Positions 36,989-51,013 of a DNA stretch of 64,000 nt are shown here, one piece after another. Made by a program: the position numbers and the translations under genes. Under the pieces are notes generated by a model, which searched no databases, was not told the origin of the DNA, and worked only from the letters and a program-made list of their open reading frames with translations. Each line of letters starts with the position of its first letter. Position 1 is the stretch's first letter. The DNA comes from Octopus bimaculoides (taxonomy: Eukaryota), in assembly GCF_001194135.2 (NCBI RefSeq), contig NC_068992.1:30982097-31046096 (forward strand), in the 5' to 3' direction.

Positions 36989-37253
36989 GTGAGTTTTTTT
37001 TTTTTTTGAGAATTTCATTAAACATTATTAACGTAATAAATCAAAGATAAATATAGATTCCTGTGTGTATAGCAGACGTGTAATGTTTATAGAAATGAGT
37101 TTGAATAACATCAGCATAGTTTATAATGCAATAACATTCTGTTAGAGACCACGCTAAAAATTGTTGTCAAATGAAAATTGAAGTAAGGAAAACGTGCATT
37201 ACAATATTGCGTAGGCAAAGGTATTGAAGGATCAAATACTACCTTAACTACAG

Positions 37254-37412
37254 GATATTTCACCTCTCTGAGGTATTAACTGTAAATTTTGGGTTTAACA
37301 TACTTTCTTTCCCCCCTAAAAATGTGACGAAACTACATGGAGAGCTACCGAGATATTTTGTCTTCGAGATAAAAATAGCCATTTATAATACTTCTGGTGA
37401 TGTCGTTGTTAA
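37254..37412 (+). CDS. Candidate coding exon
   Basis: Acceptor ccttaactacag and donor AA|gtaacg. 52 open codons IFHLSEVLTVNFGFNILSFPPKNVTKLHGELPRYFVFEIKIAIYNTSGDVVV. Confidence 0.35.
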
Positions 37413-37679
37413 GTAACGGGATTTCTGTAATGGTGTACATCTATTGTTAAATTGTGTGAGATCTAAATGCCATAGTCTATTATCATACGTACTGAATGTA
37501 AGATTACATTTTTCATAGTTGTACTTCCGACTTGAAATGCACAAGATGCAATTTCTTTCACTAAACTGCATCATGGTTTATAATTTTGAAATATTTTGAA
37601 ATGATGAAATAAGTAAATTAAACTACTCATTAGGACTCATCAAATAAGAGATTAGACCAAATGATTGTGGTCTTGGCTA

Positions 37680-37840
37680 ATACTGGTTTCAAATTTAGGC
37701 ACAAAAAATGCTCACCTGGTACTTCTTCTATCGACCCCCGAGATGATGTAAAGCAAAGTCTGCTCTTGCGTAAAGACGGATCGTATAGCGTTAAGCAATT
37801 TTTCCGACACGCTAGCGAATATTGCAACTTGTCGCCTTAG
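37680..37840 (-). mobile_element. Degraded SINE, same family as 1772-1984
   Basis: ggtacttcttctatcgacccccgagatgatgtaaagcaaagtc...gtaaagacgga aligns by eye to 1848-1930. Confidence 0.65.
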
Positions 37841-38665
37841 TTTTGGCTAATATTTTATATTGCAATACATGCTACCATTAGCCCTCCATGAACTATTAAA
37901 AATATTCTAGAGATCCCACTTAACCCTCACCCACCAGATGCTCACCCACTGTTGTTTACAATCAAGAGCTTCATTCCTAGAGAGGTACCACCCAAAGTAT
38001 TGTCACTCCTGTTACCCATCTTCTCACAAATTCACTGGAAATGAGAACTTTGCATTCCCTTCGAAAACTCCTTTCGATTTGAGAGCCACTAGGTTACGAT
38101 GATGGATAGTCTTTTGCTCTCCCGTCATCGCTAAACGATGCTGGTTATCTCATCAACTACATCGTGTAGGAAAATGCCTCCTCAGTTTTGAAAAAGAAAT
38201 GATTAAGTCAATTTTTACGATAGAGGCACATGCTAACCTTATGGGAAATTCTCTTTACGGAACTCCTAAGTCGTCGATGCCCGACTATTTACCTAGAGTT
38301 TTCAAAAAAGCTTTCGCCACTCTTTGCGCGTAGCAATCTGGGATGTCGACAATTCCGTATTTGTAATATTGTCGCAAGCAATTAGCGCCTCTCACTAACA
38401 ATACCACGCTACGGATATCACAGATTTATTCAAAGTCACCCATTGTCTATAAGCTCTCGTGGAACAACTTGCCAGTTTGTTCACGTTACCAACAAGATTA
38501 TCTAAGAAAAATACGTCGAACTCTATGTTGAATGAGTGATAGTGTAATGTGAAAGCTAGATGGTATCTACTGTTGATTCTGTTGATTCTGAGCAGGCTGT
38601 TCCACTGATCGGATCAACTGGAACCCTCGTCGTCATAACCGACGAAGTGCCAACCACTATTGATT

Positions 38666-38746
<81 letters not shown>

Positions 38747-38817
38747 CTTCAGATGATGATGATGATGATCATCATCATCGTCGACATCGTCGTCGTCGTC
38801 TTTATCATCGTCGTCGT

Positions 38818-38845
<28 letters not shown>
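38666..38845. repeat. Compound triplet microsatellite (CTA)n(CTG)n(GAT)n(CGT/CAT)n
   Basis: Read directly from the sequence. It explains the poly-T/A/D/H stretches of the 38560-39108 ORF. Confidence 0.95.
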
Positions 38846-38848
<3 letters not shown>

Positions 38849-38899
38849 CTCAACAACGGGTGGTAATCCCAAACTGGATGACAACAATTGAAACGGTTC

Positions 38900-40750
38900 T
38901 CTGCTTTAAATTTAAAGCAGTGGATAATTACCAGCCAATCTCCTGCCTACCCTTGACGTGGATGTTGATGACAGGGATATCTAAATGTATATATGATATC
39001 CTGAAATTGAATGACAAGCTGAAAATGCAGCAGAAGGGAAGCATGAGTGAAAAAAAGGAGACAAAAGACGAACTTTTGATAGACAGAATGAAACTTGATA
39101 AGTCGTAGATCGATTCTAGGAAATCTTATGCAATGGACCCCTGTTCCTGGAGTTTAGAAATTCTTGAGTTAGAACAGGTTTCTGGCAACAGTTTGAATTT
39201 TATCAGGAGATGAATGAAGAACTGAAATACAAAGTTTGCACAATGTGGTGAATTTCTGGCGAAGATCAACATCTGGTGAAACTTAGGGAAATAATACGGA
39301 CATTGGTGAAAATCTTGAAAAAAGACGAAAACTTAATCACCTGATATATGTGGATAACTTAAAGATCTTCGGTAAGAGCGAACATGAAATGAATGGCCTG
39401 GTTTCAACGGTGCAGATATTGAATAAGGACATCGGGATGGAATTTTGGATTAAAAAGTATGGTATGTTTATCATAAGAAAGGCAAAGTGGTGTCATCTGA
39501 TGGTGTAGAACTACTCAACCGTGAATGAATCAATAGATAAAAGAAAATTTTAAGCAAGAATGACACTGAATAACTACATTAATTATGGAAGAGTAGATTC
39601 AATAGAAGAACAATATTTGGACAATGAAAACACAGACTGTCTCCTTAATGCGATACGGTGCAGCGTTGCTAGTTTACCAGGAAGAAGATGACAATGAGCA
39701 AGGAGCATCACCGTAAAAGCGATATCAATAGACCGTTTGTCCCTAGATACGAGGAAGGAAAAATTTTCATAGGATGCGAAATCTCTGTTCTTAATAAGGT
39801 AAGCAGTCTGGGATGGTTGTCAAACCTCTGCTGCTTTTAGAAATAGCAACACGTTACCTAGTGAATACGTGACACCCAGAGGCATTTAACAATCAGTATG
39901 TAGAAGAAGATTGAACAATGGAAATGAAACCTATACTTGAGCAATAATTCTGAAAAATGAAAGGGAAAATCAAGACCATCTCCTGCAGACAGCTAAGGAA
40001 AAAAGTGATGTGAAAGGTTTCATTGAGTCATTGATATTCAGTACCTGAAAACAAGGTCTCGAAATGGATAAGAGAAGTGGGTTATCCTAAATAAGATGTA
40101 TGGCAGCAAAACATAAAAAAAAATAATAATAAAAGAAGCTTACATACTATGAATGCTGCAACGTGGCCCAAAACGAATGCAAATGGAGGCATGATAACGT
40201 GCCTAACTTTGTTCAATGGGGAATGTGTAAGAGGTACGATCTTGAACGAACACACAAATATTACGAGCATAAACCAGAAGCGTCATCAAGAATAATGAGT
40301 ATGAGATCTTAATTGGATTTTACAATCCAGCTTGACTCTCTCATTGATGCTCGGAGATCAGACATTGCTGTAGTGGATAAAGAGAAGAAAACTAAAATCA
40401 TAGATATTGCCATTCGTAGGGATGAACGAGTGTATGTCAAAGTTTGAAAAGTTCAAGCTATTAAAAGTTGAAGTAGCTCTATGTGAGCAATGGAGAGAGT
40501 AACTGTCATCCCAATAGCTGCAGGGGCATTCGGTGTATTATCTTAAACCAAGTTTAAGATATTTGTTGAATAAATTAGGACTGGCTTGAAGGTAAAACAA
40601 GCTCAGAAAATTGCTCCACTGGTAAGAGTGTGGATTTTGAGATTGACATTTTTATGAATTAAGCGTCGTGGAAAGTGACCCTCTGCGACCGTTGACAAGA
40701 GATTGCTGTCCGCTCTTACAGAATTAATCAGAGCATGTGAAATAAGGAAT
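38900..40750 (+). mobile_element. R4/Dong element, decayed RT-to-RLE fragment
   Basis: DNYQPISCLPLTWMLMTG, KDELLIDR, KDIGMEFWIKK and DFTIQLD..IDARRSDIAVVDKEK..IIDIAI..VTVIPIAAGAFGV. Confidence 0.85.
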
Positions 40751-43700
40751 TATGATAAGCGAAATTTCAAAAGCCCAAAAAAAAAAAGCGGCAAACATAG
40801 CAGCTTTGACGGCAGCAACAGCAACAGCAACAACAACAATAACTGTGATTTAGGTACAAAGGAAGATATTTTGAGCAAGAAATTGAAAGTGGTAGACTTT
40901 TGAAAAGTGATTCGCAAATTCTCGACAAATTACCGAATATTGAAGAAGATTTGCTCGCATGCAAAACATGATGGTGTATAGAACATCGATCAGTGTCATC
41001 TTAGCCGCTACGATAATTCTGTGGCTTGCTTAGAGAAATGTTCTCTAACTTTCTTCCATTTGTTTTTGCATAGTACATGTACACCATTCTCAATGACGAA
41101 TAATCTACTATTTGTATATTTGCAAAATACATACATTTTTATCGCCATGCAAATATGTTCCACATAATTAACTGCCTTCCATTTATAGTAACTATACTCA
41201 AATATTACGTAACAGTATTATGTAAAACGTAATTTCTATCCTACGCACTGTAAAGGTTTAAATAACAAATACAGTACAATTCAGAAAATGTCTGTCGATA
41301 TATTGAATTCACTTGAACATGTGTTCAATGTAATAATTATTTGGAAAGCCCTAAAATTTAATGCTGGCACATTCATATTTAAGAATGCCGCCTCATACGA
41401 CACAATCTTACTTCTTACATTGTACATAAATTGACAACCACGACAGCGCCAGAATAAATTTTTAACTCCGTACGTACTCGAAGAACAACCTTCAAATCCT
41501 GGGCTCAAATGGAAATAATAATCTTATCACAAGAGAACCTTTTTCCGAACAATAACAAACAGTGACAGAATGCTGCTTTCCCGGCTGTTTAACGTAGAAA
41601 CTAAATCGTAGTCACGGTAGCATAAAGCATCGAGTGCAGTAATACTATAGCAGGAGTAAAAGCGATTTTTGTTATAGTCCATGAATATATCTTATTCTAA
41701 AGTGTACACGGATGCGAATCAAAGCCACGTGACTTTTACATTAAATAAAAGAAATGCATAGTCAGCAATAACAGTAAGTAGTAACATAGCCTTCTGGGGA
41801 AAATATCCTCCATATTAGATAGAAGAGCAAATTGATTCGTTGTAAAGCACATAGAATAACAAATGTTCGTCTGATGATAAAAAAAATTACATTCTTGCAG
41901 TTCATACTCTCTGATATGGCTGCATAATTAAAGTATGTCCGAACTTTCTCTTCCGTTTCTCCATCTCATACATTTCTACAAGAAGCAACTACAGATAAGC
42001 TATTATATATCAACCTTGACACACTTATTAAGTTTTAAACCGATAGGAATTGACCATGACTTCCTGAGTTCGGGAATGTCTTCAAACTATTTCCCAATAT
42101 TTAACCTACTTCAAGATAACCAAGGACAAAAAAAATGTTTTTACCTTTGATATTTGATATCCTTTGCTGACTTGTTTGAACCTTAATGTCACTTTATTTC
42201 CATACAGTCGACGTGTGAAGAAAACAGATCTTTGCTTATTCAGGATTAAAATCAGATATTCTTGTGGGCGCAAAAAATAAATTTGCAGGATATTCGTTGT
42301 CTAAGAATCTATGTCAATATCACTGCTTTTACGCATGCCTCACCACCATTGCACACAGGATTCCAATAATATTCTTCTCCCTAATGCTGGTGTGGCAGCA
42401 GACGGACATGCTGACGTGTTGAAGTTTTTCAATCACAAGAAACGTAAAGCCGTACACTCCATTTTGGTGAGAAATTTCCTACTACATGTTTGTCACGTGG
42501 CAGTACAGCATCAACATTACGCAGATGATAATCCTTTCCACTATGCACTACAAAGATATCTTCCTCTCAGCGCATATCTATGTAAAGCCAGCCAAGACTC
42601 TCAAAATTCATTTCATGTTTAATCCTACTGAACGCCTGAGCCTGCGACTTAGCCCATCAGTTTATTTAGCGCTAGAAACCGCTGAGACATTTGCACTTGC
42701 CTTTCCATCTACAAATATGAGTCTGCGACAATAAACTGCCTGTTGTTTTCAATTCCGCACTGGCCATGACTATGATTTCGTTCACATACGCTGAATAATA
42801 AATGAATAAATAGTTAAATAAATAAGTATTATAACAATAGCATAATTATTAATAAATCATTACATGAATTATTATTATAAATGATTCTTTACCCCGGTCC
42901 TGAAATAAAATTCTGGAGTCAAGTTTATACTACAACGCGTAGATTAAAATTACGAACATCAATTACTTTCTAAAAATGAGAAAAACAATAAGTTACCGCT
43001 TAGGAAGAAGCAGAAAAGTTTATGAATACATTCATATAAACAAAAGGGAAGAATTGGCACGTCACGTAGAAAAAGATGATTTTTTGTAGGCTGCATAACT
43101 TTACATTTGCCACTAATAAATACTGAAATTTCATATGAACTTCTAACAGTCGGAACAAAGATCTAAGTTGTTTTAATAAAGAATAACTGTCAGCTGAATA
43201 AAATTAGGAACACAGAATGTTATTCTGAGTTATCGAGAAAATGTGGACATCGATGAGATTCTAAAAATTTCAAATAAATAAAGAAGAAAGAATTTTGAAA
43301 AATAGCAGTAGCGGTTCCATGTAGATTCATTCAGAGGATGACACTCACTAGGTGTTTATGATCACATCGCTAGTGCAAAAGCATTTAAACGTCCCATATT
43401 AAAACTTCAATATATTTGGAGATGGACACAGGCAGGCGACCACATTTATTCGTTTGATTTGTAAGTGCTGCGTTCCTTTAATATTTAATTAATTCTTCAT
43501 TCCCAAACCTTTGTGTTTTTGTATGCGTGTGTATGTGTTTGTCCGTTTGGCTACTGTGCATATGTATGCATACGTATTAAGTTATTTGTTTTTAGAGGTT
43601 AACTGCGTTCCAGCCACACGTAGCAAAATGCACAGAAACGATTCCCACTTCACTTCTACCAGAGATGAACATTTATTACTGAAACAGCCATAGAAAACAA

Positions 43701-45164
43701 ATATTTGCATAAGTAATCGATATGATATTTCCTATCTTCGAAATATGAAACGGCCTTCATCTGTATTAAGTGAGAGAAGGGGGAAGTACATAGATGAGGG
43801 AGACGGTTGCAGATGTAATAGAAACCCGAAATAAAACATCTGAACATATCTTAATTTTGACAAGATATTTTATGTTGTTTATTCTCTGGGGTATACTGCT
43901 TGGTGAAAAGGGAAGGTTATTTCTCTCTGAACATTTCGTAACCAGCTACGAGTAAGGCCTTCAAGCGATATTGCAAACAAAATGTATGGCTGCAGGCCAC
44001 ACGTGGCTCACACAAGTGGCATATATCTGACCTCAAAGCTGAATTTCAGTAAATCACAACGATATCTTCTATCTACAAATCTAATGTAACCTAAATCAAT
44101 GCCAAAATAGTGACTTCATTGAATACGAATAAATTTTAATTATGGTGCATTCTAAAATCAAGCAAGCTACCACATATTACAAATGCGAATAATATCATGA
44201 CCATGACATTTAGCTCTTTGCAAATCAAGGGATTTGGCATCGGATACGAAGAGTTCAAGTTCTTAGGAAGGAAACACAATAAACGCATTACCAAGAAACG
44301 AAACTTCACGCAACTAAACTAAGCCAAGATAGGCAGGTAATCCACTGAAGTTTTAAATCATATTAGTTGATCTGCTTTAGCTAATTTGTAAGTATTTGAT
44401 GGAAAATGGATTCAGTGAGGCTACAATTGACAGCAGCATGAATTGAAACCTGAACATTGGAATACATTATCCAATAAACCAAAAGTGTATTGTCATTTGC
44501 TGTACCATTTTGTCCTTCTCATTTCAACAGTTGATAGCTTTCGAAAACTGAAACAACTGATAAATCATGAACATTGGAATATCGCATTAATGTCAGGATT
44601 TAGGATTTGTGTTGACGATAATCTCATGGGGTTAAAAAAACTACTTCATGTCATTGCTACAGATAGGGACAGACTGAGAAATCTATATATGTTTCGAAAT
44701 ATATTATTCCTATAATTGAAGCAAAAAAGAAATATTCTCAAAAAAGAAACATTAAAGTTGATACGTACTATGAATTGAAATGGAATTTATATGTTAGATT
44801 TAGACCAAACGAAATAGTCAGCGAAACAGTCGATATGCTGTCAAACATCTCAATCAGCTCAACAATATAATTCATTATTTCTTTATACTTATATACATAT
44901 ATTAATTTTGCTTCGTTTGGTGTGTTTGTAGGTTTCAATTTTCAAATAAAATCTTAAGCGGATAACACGAAGCATTTCAATGACAACAGCGATAATGCTA
45001 ATAATTCCACACATCAGGCACCTAAAGGACTTTATACGGATGTAGGTATGTGCACCACTCTATCTGTCTATGTGTGTATGAATTTAGGAATCTCTACACA
45101 CATACATAGATGCATTTAAATACGCATATACATAGACATACATACATATACAGATGTACAGTTA

Positions 45165-45810
45165 TACGAGGTAGGATAAAGAATTATCCGACTTTATATT
45201 TTCCAGTAAAAACTAATGCTTCGTTGGCAAAATAATTTGGGATAAAAGTGACACCAGTCTTCTGGCGCATACGTGAACATTTCCACGCCCGCCACCTGCT
45301 TCAGTTTCCGGCTATAACGCCTAAAGTACAGACGTGCAATTCTCGCTCATCGGGTTTTCGATTTCACCAAACGCATCGGGCAGAGATATTGCATCAGATT
45401 CTGCTAAAAGATTGGTGATACTGAAGCTCAAACCATCCCGAAAATTCAGCAGGCCTCCGATCAAGTAGTGGTATAACCGATTGAAGCATGGGCGCATCTC
45501 AGTGGAAAGCTAAATACACTCAGGTTGGCCATCCACAAGCCGAAACGAGCATCCCTTACGAAGTGAGAATAAACACAAGATTTGTGCATTTCATTGTAAC
45601 AAAGGATCTTTCTCTGAAGCGAGTATCAACAAAATTCGTCTACAAAGTGCTGGCGAAGCAGCAGCTGCAATTCCGCATGGAAATTGCACAGCACAAACCG
45701 GACTGAGCTAACCACTCTTGATAAGACACGGGTTCATGGTCTCTACTCGATGCGTTCGCTTATCTTGCATGAAAGTAAAAAAATCCGACGAGTGCGCACT
45801 ACACATCTGT
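45165..45810 (+). mobile_element. Mariner fragment (5' TIR and HTH remnant)
   Basis: Begins TA|CGAGG, a common mariner terminus. Encodes QRYCIRFC*KIGDTEAQTIPKIQQA, a mariner N-terminus. Internally deleted. Confidence 0.7.
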
Positions 45811-48039
45811 ACCCTAGATGTGTGTATATAAGATAGATAGATTGATAAATAGATATGTTGTCACCATATCAAGCAACGAGACTTTCACTATACAACAGTA
45901 TATAACATTCTTCTATTGAAAGAACGTCTGTCAATGTTTAGTAAATATTGTTACCGGAAACCTAGCGAAGGATAGGATTCAGTATTTCTCTAATTTCTCT
46001 TATTTCTCTGGTCATAACAGCCGGGAACGGACGCGGCTTACCGAGGCAAAAGTGTTTGATCGTACACAGGAAGAGTGTCGTTACCTCCCAAAGGATTTTG
46101 CCCACGTAACATTAGTTTTGAGGAAAAAGAGCAAATGTTAGAAACCTGAGTCGAAACATGACGTTCATCACGAAGACGAAAATGCTGATGAAACGACAGC
46201 GACTACATTAACACTATGCACGGTCATACGTGAACAACTTGAACGTATATGGTTAGGAGGAAATTAAATTCAATAAAGGCAAAATGAAAATGTATACTTT
46301 AATTTTCCCTGTTGAAATATATCAACCAATTCATAAATACTATTTAGTATTTATATATGAAATACATATGTTAGAGAAGGAGAGTTTATAGCAGGTGATT
46401 TGAATACATTTAGCTAGTATAGTGTTTCGCAGAAATTATCTGTCGGTTTTTGTGGCGTATTTCTTATTTATCCTTAGTCACTTCTAATTCAACCATTGTA
46501 CGTTCCAGAGACATAACATGACAATTTCTTACATATATTTTAGTTTTATTCCTCCATTTATTTTATCTGATATTACATTATTCTCTTTATTTCTTTAACT
46601 CTAATGTATAATTTGCAGGATATATGGATACTTACACTCACTAATTATGTCCACGTACACGTTAATCATAATAGTAAGCAAGAGAAGACTTGTGGCGTAA
46701 TGAAATTATGTGGCGTTGTGTAGTGAGGTGACGTTGTGGCATTTGTGATGCGAGGAAGGAAGTTTATTTGTATGACCTTAACTATTGGTAGAAAGAGGTG
46801 CACATGTTTCGCGTTACATTTTTTATATTTTACTCGTATAATATTCCCTAATTAAGCTATAAATGGACATTAAGCAACAGAAGGGTCTTCTACTTGATTT
46901 GGGTTACTAAAAGCACTATGTAACCTAATAGAACTCGCTTAACACTGTCCTTAGCCTGGAGAAGGCACATACATCAGGGTAAAGGAATTGTTGAATACTT
47001 AATATCTGAAAGACATGAATGTATATAGTTAGAAACCCTGTGATATAATGTTGCTGAGCCAAATATTTTTGAAGCAACAATAACGAAAACAATAGCAAAA
47101 ATAAGAAGACTAGCGTATATATTTAATATGTACATGTTTGTGAGTGCACTCGTAGGAATGTGTGTATATGCGTGTGAATTTGAACGCGTGGGAATGCAAG
47201 TCATGCTAGGAAATTGAATGAGAATTCATAATTGAAACGTCCCAACTTTTCGTCCGCTTGAGATTTTATTAATCGCGAATAATTTCGTTTAGATTAGGAT
47301 AGTGAAGCAATTTCATATTAAAGCTATATTTAGTATATCACAAATATTTTAATATTATAAACTTTCCATATGTCGAATTGATGCTCTTGAATTTTGAGGG
47401 AATAACATTGTAATAATATTTCGCTCTATCATATTCATTTTAATATATGTTAATTGATAATATATTTTCGATGCATATGGCTATTTTTACAGATATGTAA
47501 CAGACGTGCTCTTAGTCATCAAGTACATTATTTCGTAACTAGCGTGACCCGTAAATGTTTCACAGAATTAATTGTAAACTTATTGGGCTATTTCTGAAAA
47601 CTTTATCCTAAAAACATGAAGCGTAATCTGTGTTGTGTCTGTATGAAAAGATAGTCGTTCATCATTGAAAAGTGAAGGAAATTGGAATACGATGATTAAT
47701 GAATGCACATTATGCATTAAATATTATATACTTTATACACTCGTCGCCTTACCCGCTTTTTCTCATTGCTTTTTCGGTCGCTTTTCGCCATTCCCCTCAA
47801 CTAGTCACGTGAAAGCGTTACAGCTGGACTAAGTAACGGCGAAAACAAGCCTTATACATTTCACACTCCATCACCTCTCATTCACCCATCGCCTTCCCTA
47901 TCTCTATCCCTCCCCTATCCCTCACTTGTGAATTGTGGAAAGGAAAATGACGATCCCAAAATATACCTGCAAGATTGTGAAGCCGTATGTTGAAAGAGAT
48001 ACAGTTATATTTTGGAATCGTCATTTTTCTTTCCACAAT

Positions 48040-49960
48040 TCTTTTTTACTTTTCTTTGTTCAGCCATGCGGTTGCATCCATGCTGGAGCACCACCGTGGT
48101 TTTGTCGATTCTCTCAGTCTGGGGACTCCTGTATGTAACTTTGCCCCGGCTGTTGGTCCAGTTGGTGTATAAGGGCGTTTCATTCCGTTGCCCTGGTCTG
48201 TACCTCATGTCGGGCTGTTGGTTCATCCGGTATTTTGGAAACGAGGATGTGTAGTTCTTTTCTGAAGACATCTACTGCCATCTTGTGCAGATTTCTTAAT
48301 TGCTATGGCAGAGCATTGAAGAGATGTGCGCCTTAGAACCTTAGGTTATTGCAGTATCTGGTCCTGAATTTAGACAGAGTGGATAGTACCTTTAGTACAA
48401 TGCTATAGCATCCACTTCTGACATTTGCATAATACGCAATGCCGAAATTATGTACCAGTCCTTCTAGAGGTTCCCATTTAAAGGTTATTACATATTTGTC
48501 GCGCCTTCGTACCAGAGAGTAAAGTTACAGTTTTTACAGCTTCTCCCTGTACCTCATATGCTGAACTGTTTCAATGTTTTTAGTGTAATGGTGTTGGACT
48601 GCTTCAAGCTCTGTTGTTAGTTTGGCACTATGTGGTGACCACAAGCTGAGAGCAGTAGTCCAGGCGGTTGAAAACAAAGGTACTTCACACGTTCAACATA
48701 AACATTGTTCTTATTTCTTTTTTTTTTTTTGTCTTGAAGAACTTTAGTATCTATCTTGCCAGTTGTCGGTAATTTGCTGCCAACTTGTTAATGTTAGGAT
48801 GAAATCATTGCATATACTGATTCGCAAGTCTTTCACTGTCTGTAACTATGGAACTGCAGCACCTTCGGGTCCTGTATATGCAGGCCGGGTGCCTTGGTGA
48901 GTTGATAGTGCAGTGCTTGAAATTTTCCAGCTTTAAACTGCATGTTGTTTAATTCAGTCCACTTGTATACTGCATTCAGTTACCGCTGTAAGCTTGCGAC
49001 GTCATCTTGATTTTTTTATTCCCTGTGATAATTTCGTATAATTGGCGTGGCTACTGACAGTGGCTGGCCGAGTGACCATGAGCATGTTTAAGAGGGATAT
49101 TATGAACAGTAATGGTTCTAGAATAGTTCCCGGGGACGCTACTATGGGTTTGAGTTTCCTCAGAAATGGCATCATTGGCTGCCACTGACTGACCTCTGTC
49201 TTTAAGGAAGTCATGCAGCGACGTTCCCCGTTTACCAGCAATGCCAAGGTCTCGCAGCTTATGATATAGCATGCCATGATCTACCTTATCAAATGTTTTT
49301 GTAAAGTCACGGTATATCACACTGTTTCATAACCCAGTCATTGAACTATAAGAGCTGTATGAGGCAGCTTCTTCCTGAATGAAGGCCATGCGGTGTATGG
49401 TTCGGTAGAACATTTTCTTCTAGGAACATATCAGTTTCCTTCTGATGATTTGTTTAATGATTTTACTGATAAGTGAAGTCAGAGAGATTGGCCTGTAGTT
49501 TTTGGCCTCTGCTCTTCTACCACCTTTGCAGATAGTGCATATGCCTTCTTTAAACTTTTTATACTTACAAGGAACCTCTTGGAAAAAATATCTGAAGGGA
49601 TTTCGGTAAAGCCTGCTTACATGACTTGAGGAGAATAGCTGGGAAGCTATCGGGACCAGTTGATGAGCTTAAGAACATTTCATTTGTGACGGCTATTACA
49701 TCTGTCTTCTCAAAATTGATGTCATAGATGATCGTCGCCTTCTTTTCTAGGGTTCCAGTATTAAAGAATTCAACCGTCTTTTTTTTTTATCTCCATGTGT
49801 TGCAGAGAGGAAGTGAAGAAAGTTTTAAATTCTTGACTGAGTATCTGAATTATTATTCCAGGGTGCGCCATTAGCGAGTAATTCCTTTGGAACATTGGTC
49901 CATTTTTATTTGTATTGCGGCTGTTTCCTTTGAAAATTTATAGAAAGATTTGGGATTTTT
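48040..49960 (-). mobile_element. CR1/L2-group LINE, 5'-truncated, with RT and 3' UTR
   Basis: NYRPISLTSLISKII, IYRDFTKTFDKVDHGMLYHKL, SVP..TILEPLLFII and C-terminal VSKIPDEPT. The 3' UTR ends ggtggtgctccagcatgg...gctgaacaaagaaaagtaaaa. Confidence 0.88.
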
Positions 49961-49992
49961 ATGATTTCAACAGTCCTGTTCTCCCTCCCTCC

Positions 49993-50032
<40 letters not shown>

Positions 50033-50982
50033 TCTTTCTCTCTGCTCTTTCCCTTTCGTGAGAGCGTGTGTGTGGGTGCGTGCGTGTGTGTCTGTTTATA
50101 TATGTGTGTGTAGGTGTGTGCATGNNNNNNNNNNNNNNNNNNNNNNNNNNNNNNNNNNNNNNNNNNNNNNNNNNNNNNNNNNNNNNNNNNNNNNNNNNNN
50201 NNNNNNNNNNNNNNNNNNNNNNNNNNNNNNNNNNNNNNNNNNNNNNNNNNNNNNNNNNNNNNNNNNNNNNNNNNNNNNNNNNNNNNNNNNNNNNNNNNNN
50301 NNNNNNNNNNNNNNNNNNNNNNNNNNNNNNNNNNNNNNNNNNNNNNNNNNNNNNNNNNNNNNNNNNNNNNNNNNNNNNNNNNNNNNNNNNNNNNNNNNNN
50401 NNNNNNNNNNNNNNNNNNNNNNNNNNNNNNNNNNNNNNNNNNNNNNNNNNNNNNNNNNNNNNNNNNNNNNNNNNNNNNNNNNNNNNNNNNNNNNNNNNNN
50501 NNNNNNNNNNNNNNNNNNNNNNNNNNNNNNNNNNNNNNNNNNNNNNNNNNNNNNNNNNNNNNNNNNNNNNNNNNNNNNNNNNNNNNNNNNNNNNNNNNNN
50601 NNNNNNNNNNNNNNNNNNNNNNNNNNNNNNNNNNNNNNNNNNNNNNNNNNNNNNNNNNNNNNNNNNNNNNNNNNNNNNNNNNNNNNNNNNNNNNNNNNNN
50701 NNNNNNNNNNNNNNNNNNNNNNNNNNNNNNNNNNNNNNNNNNNNNNNNNNNNNNNNNNNNNNNNNNNNNNNNNNNNNNNNNNNNNNNNNNNNNNNNNNNN
50801 NNNNNNNNNNNNNNNNNNNNNNNNNNNNNNNNNNNNNNNNNNNNNNNNNNNNNNNNNNNNNNNNNNNNNNNNNNNNNNNNNNNNNNNNNNNNNNNNNNNN
50901 NNNNNNNNNNNNNNNNNNNNNNNNNNNNNNNNNNNNNNNNNNNNNNNNNNNNNNNNNNNNNNNNNNNNNNNNNNNNNNNNNN

Positions 50983-51013
<31 letters not shown>

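Noticed and set aside
37634-37840. 68-codon open frame after a plausible acceptor (DSSNKRLDQMIVV...)
   Set aside because: Most of it is the antisense strand of a degraded SINE, so the frame is probably incidental.
38560-39108. 182-aa ORF with poly-Thr/Ala/Asp/His tracts resembling a transcription factor
   Set aside because: It is a triplet microsatellite read through into a Dong RT fragment (NYQPISCLP).
41281-41523. Open frames on both strands (minus FWRCRGC, plus frame with one TGA)
   Set aside because: There is no recognisable domain and no convincing pair of splice sites. The length is within chance expectation.
44443-44715. 90-aa ORF as a host gene
   Set aside because: It has no good splice or start context. 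The tail (IATDRDRLRNL) resembles a decayed RTE C-terminus and is otherwise unsupported.
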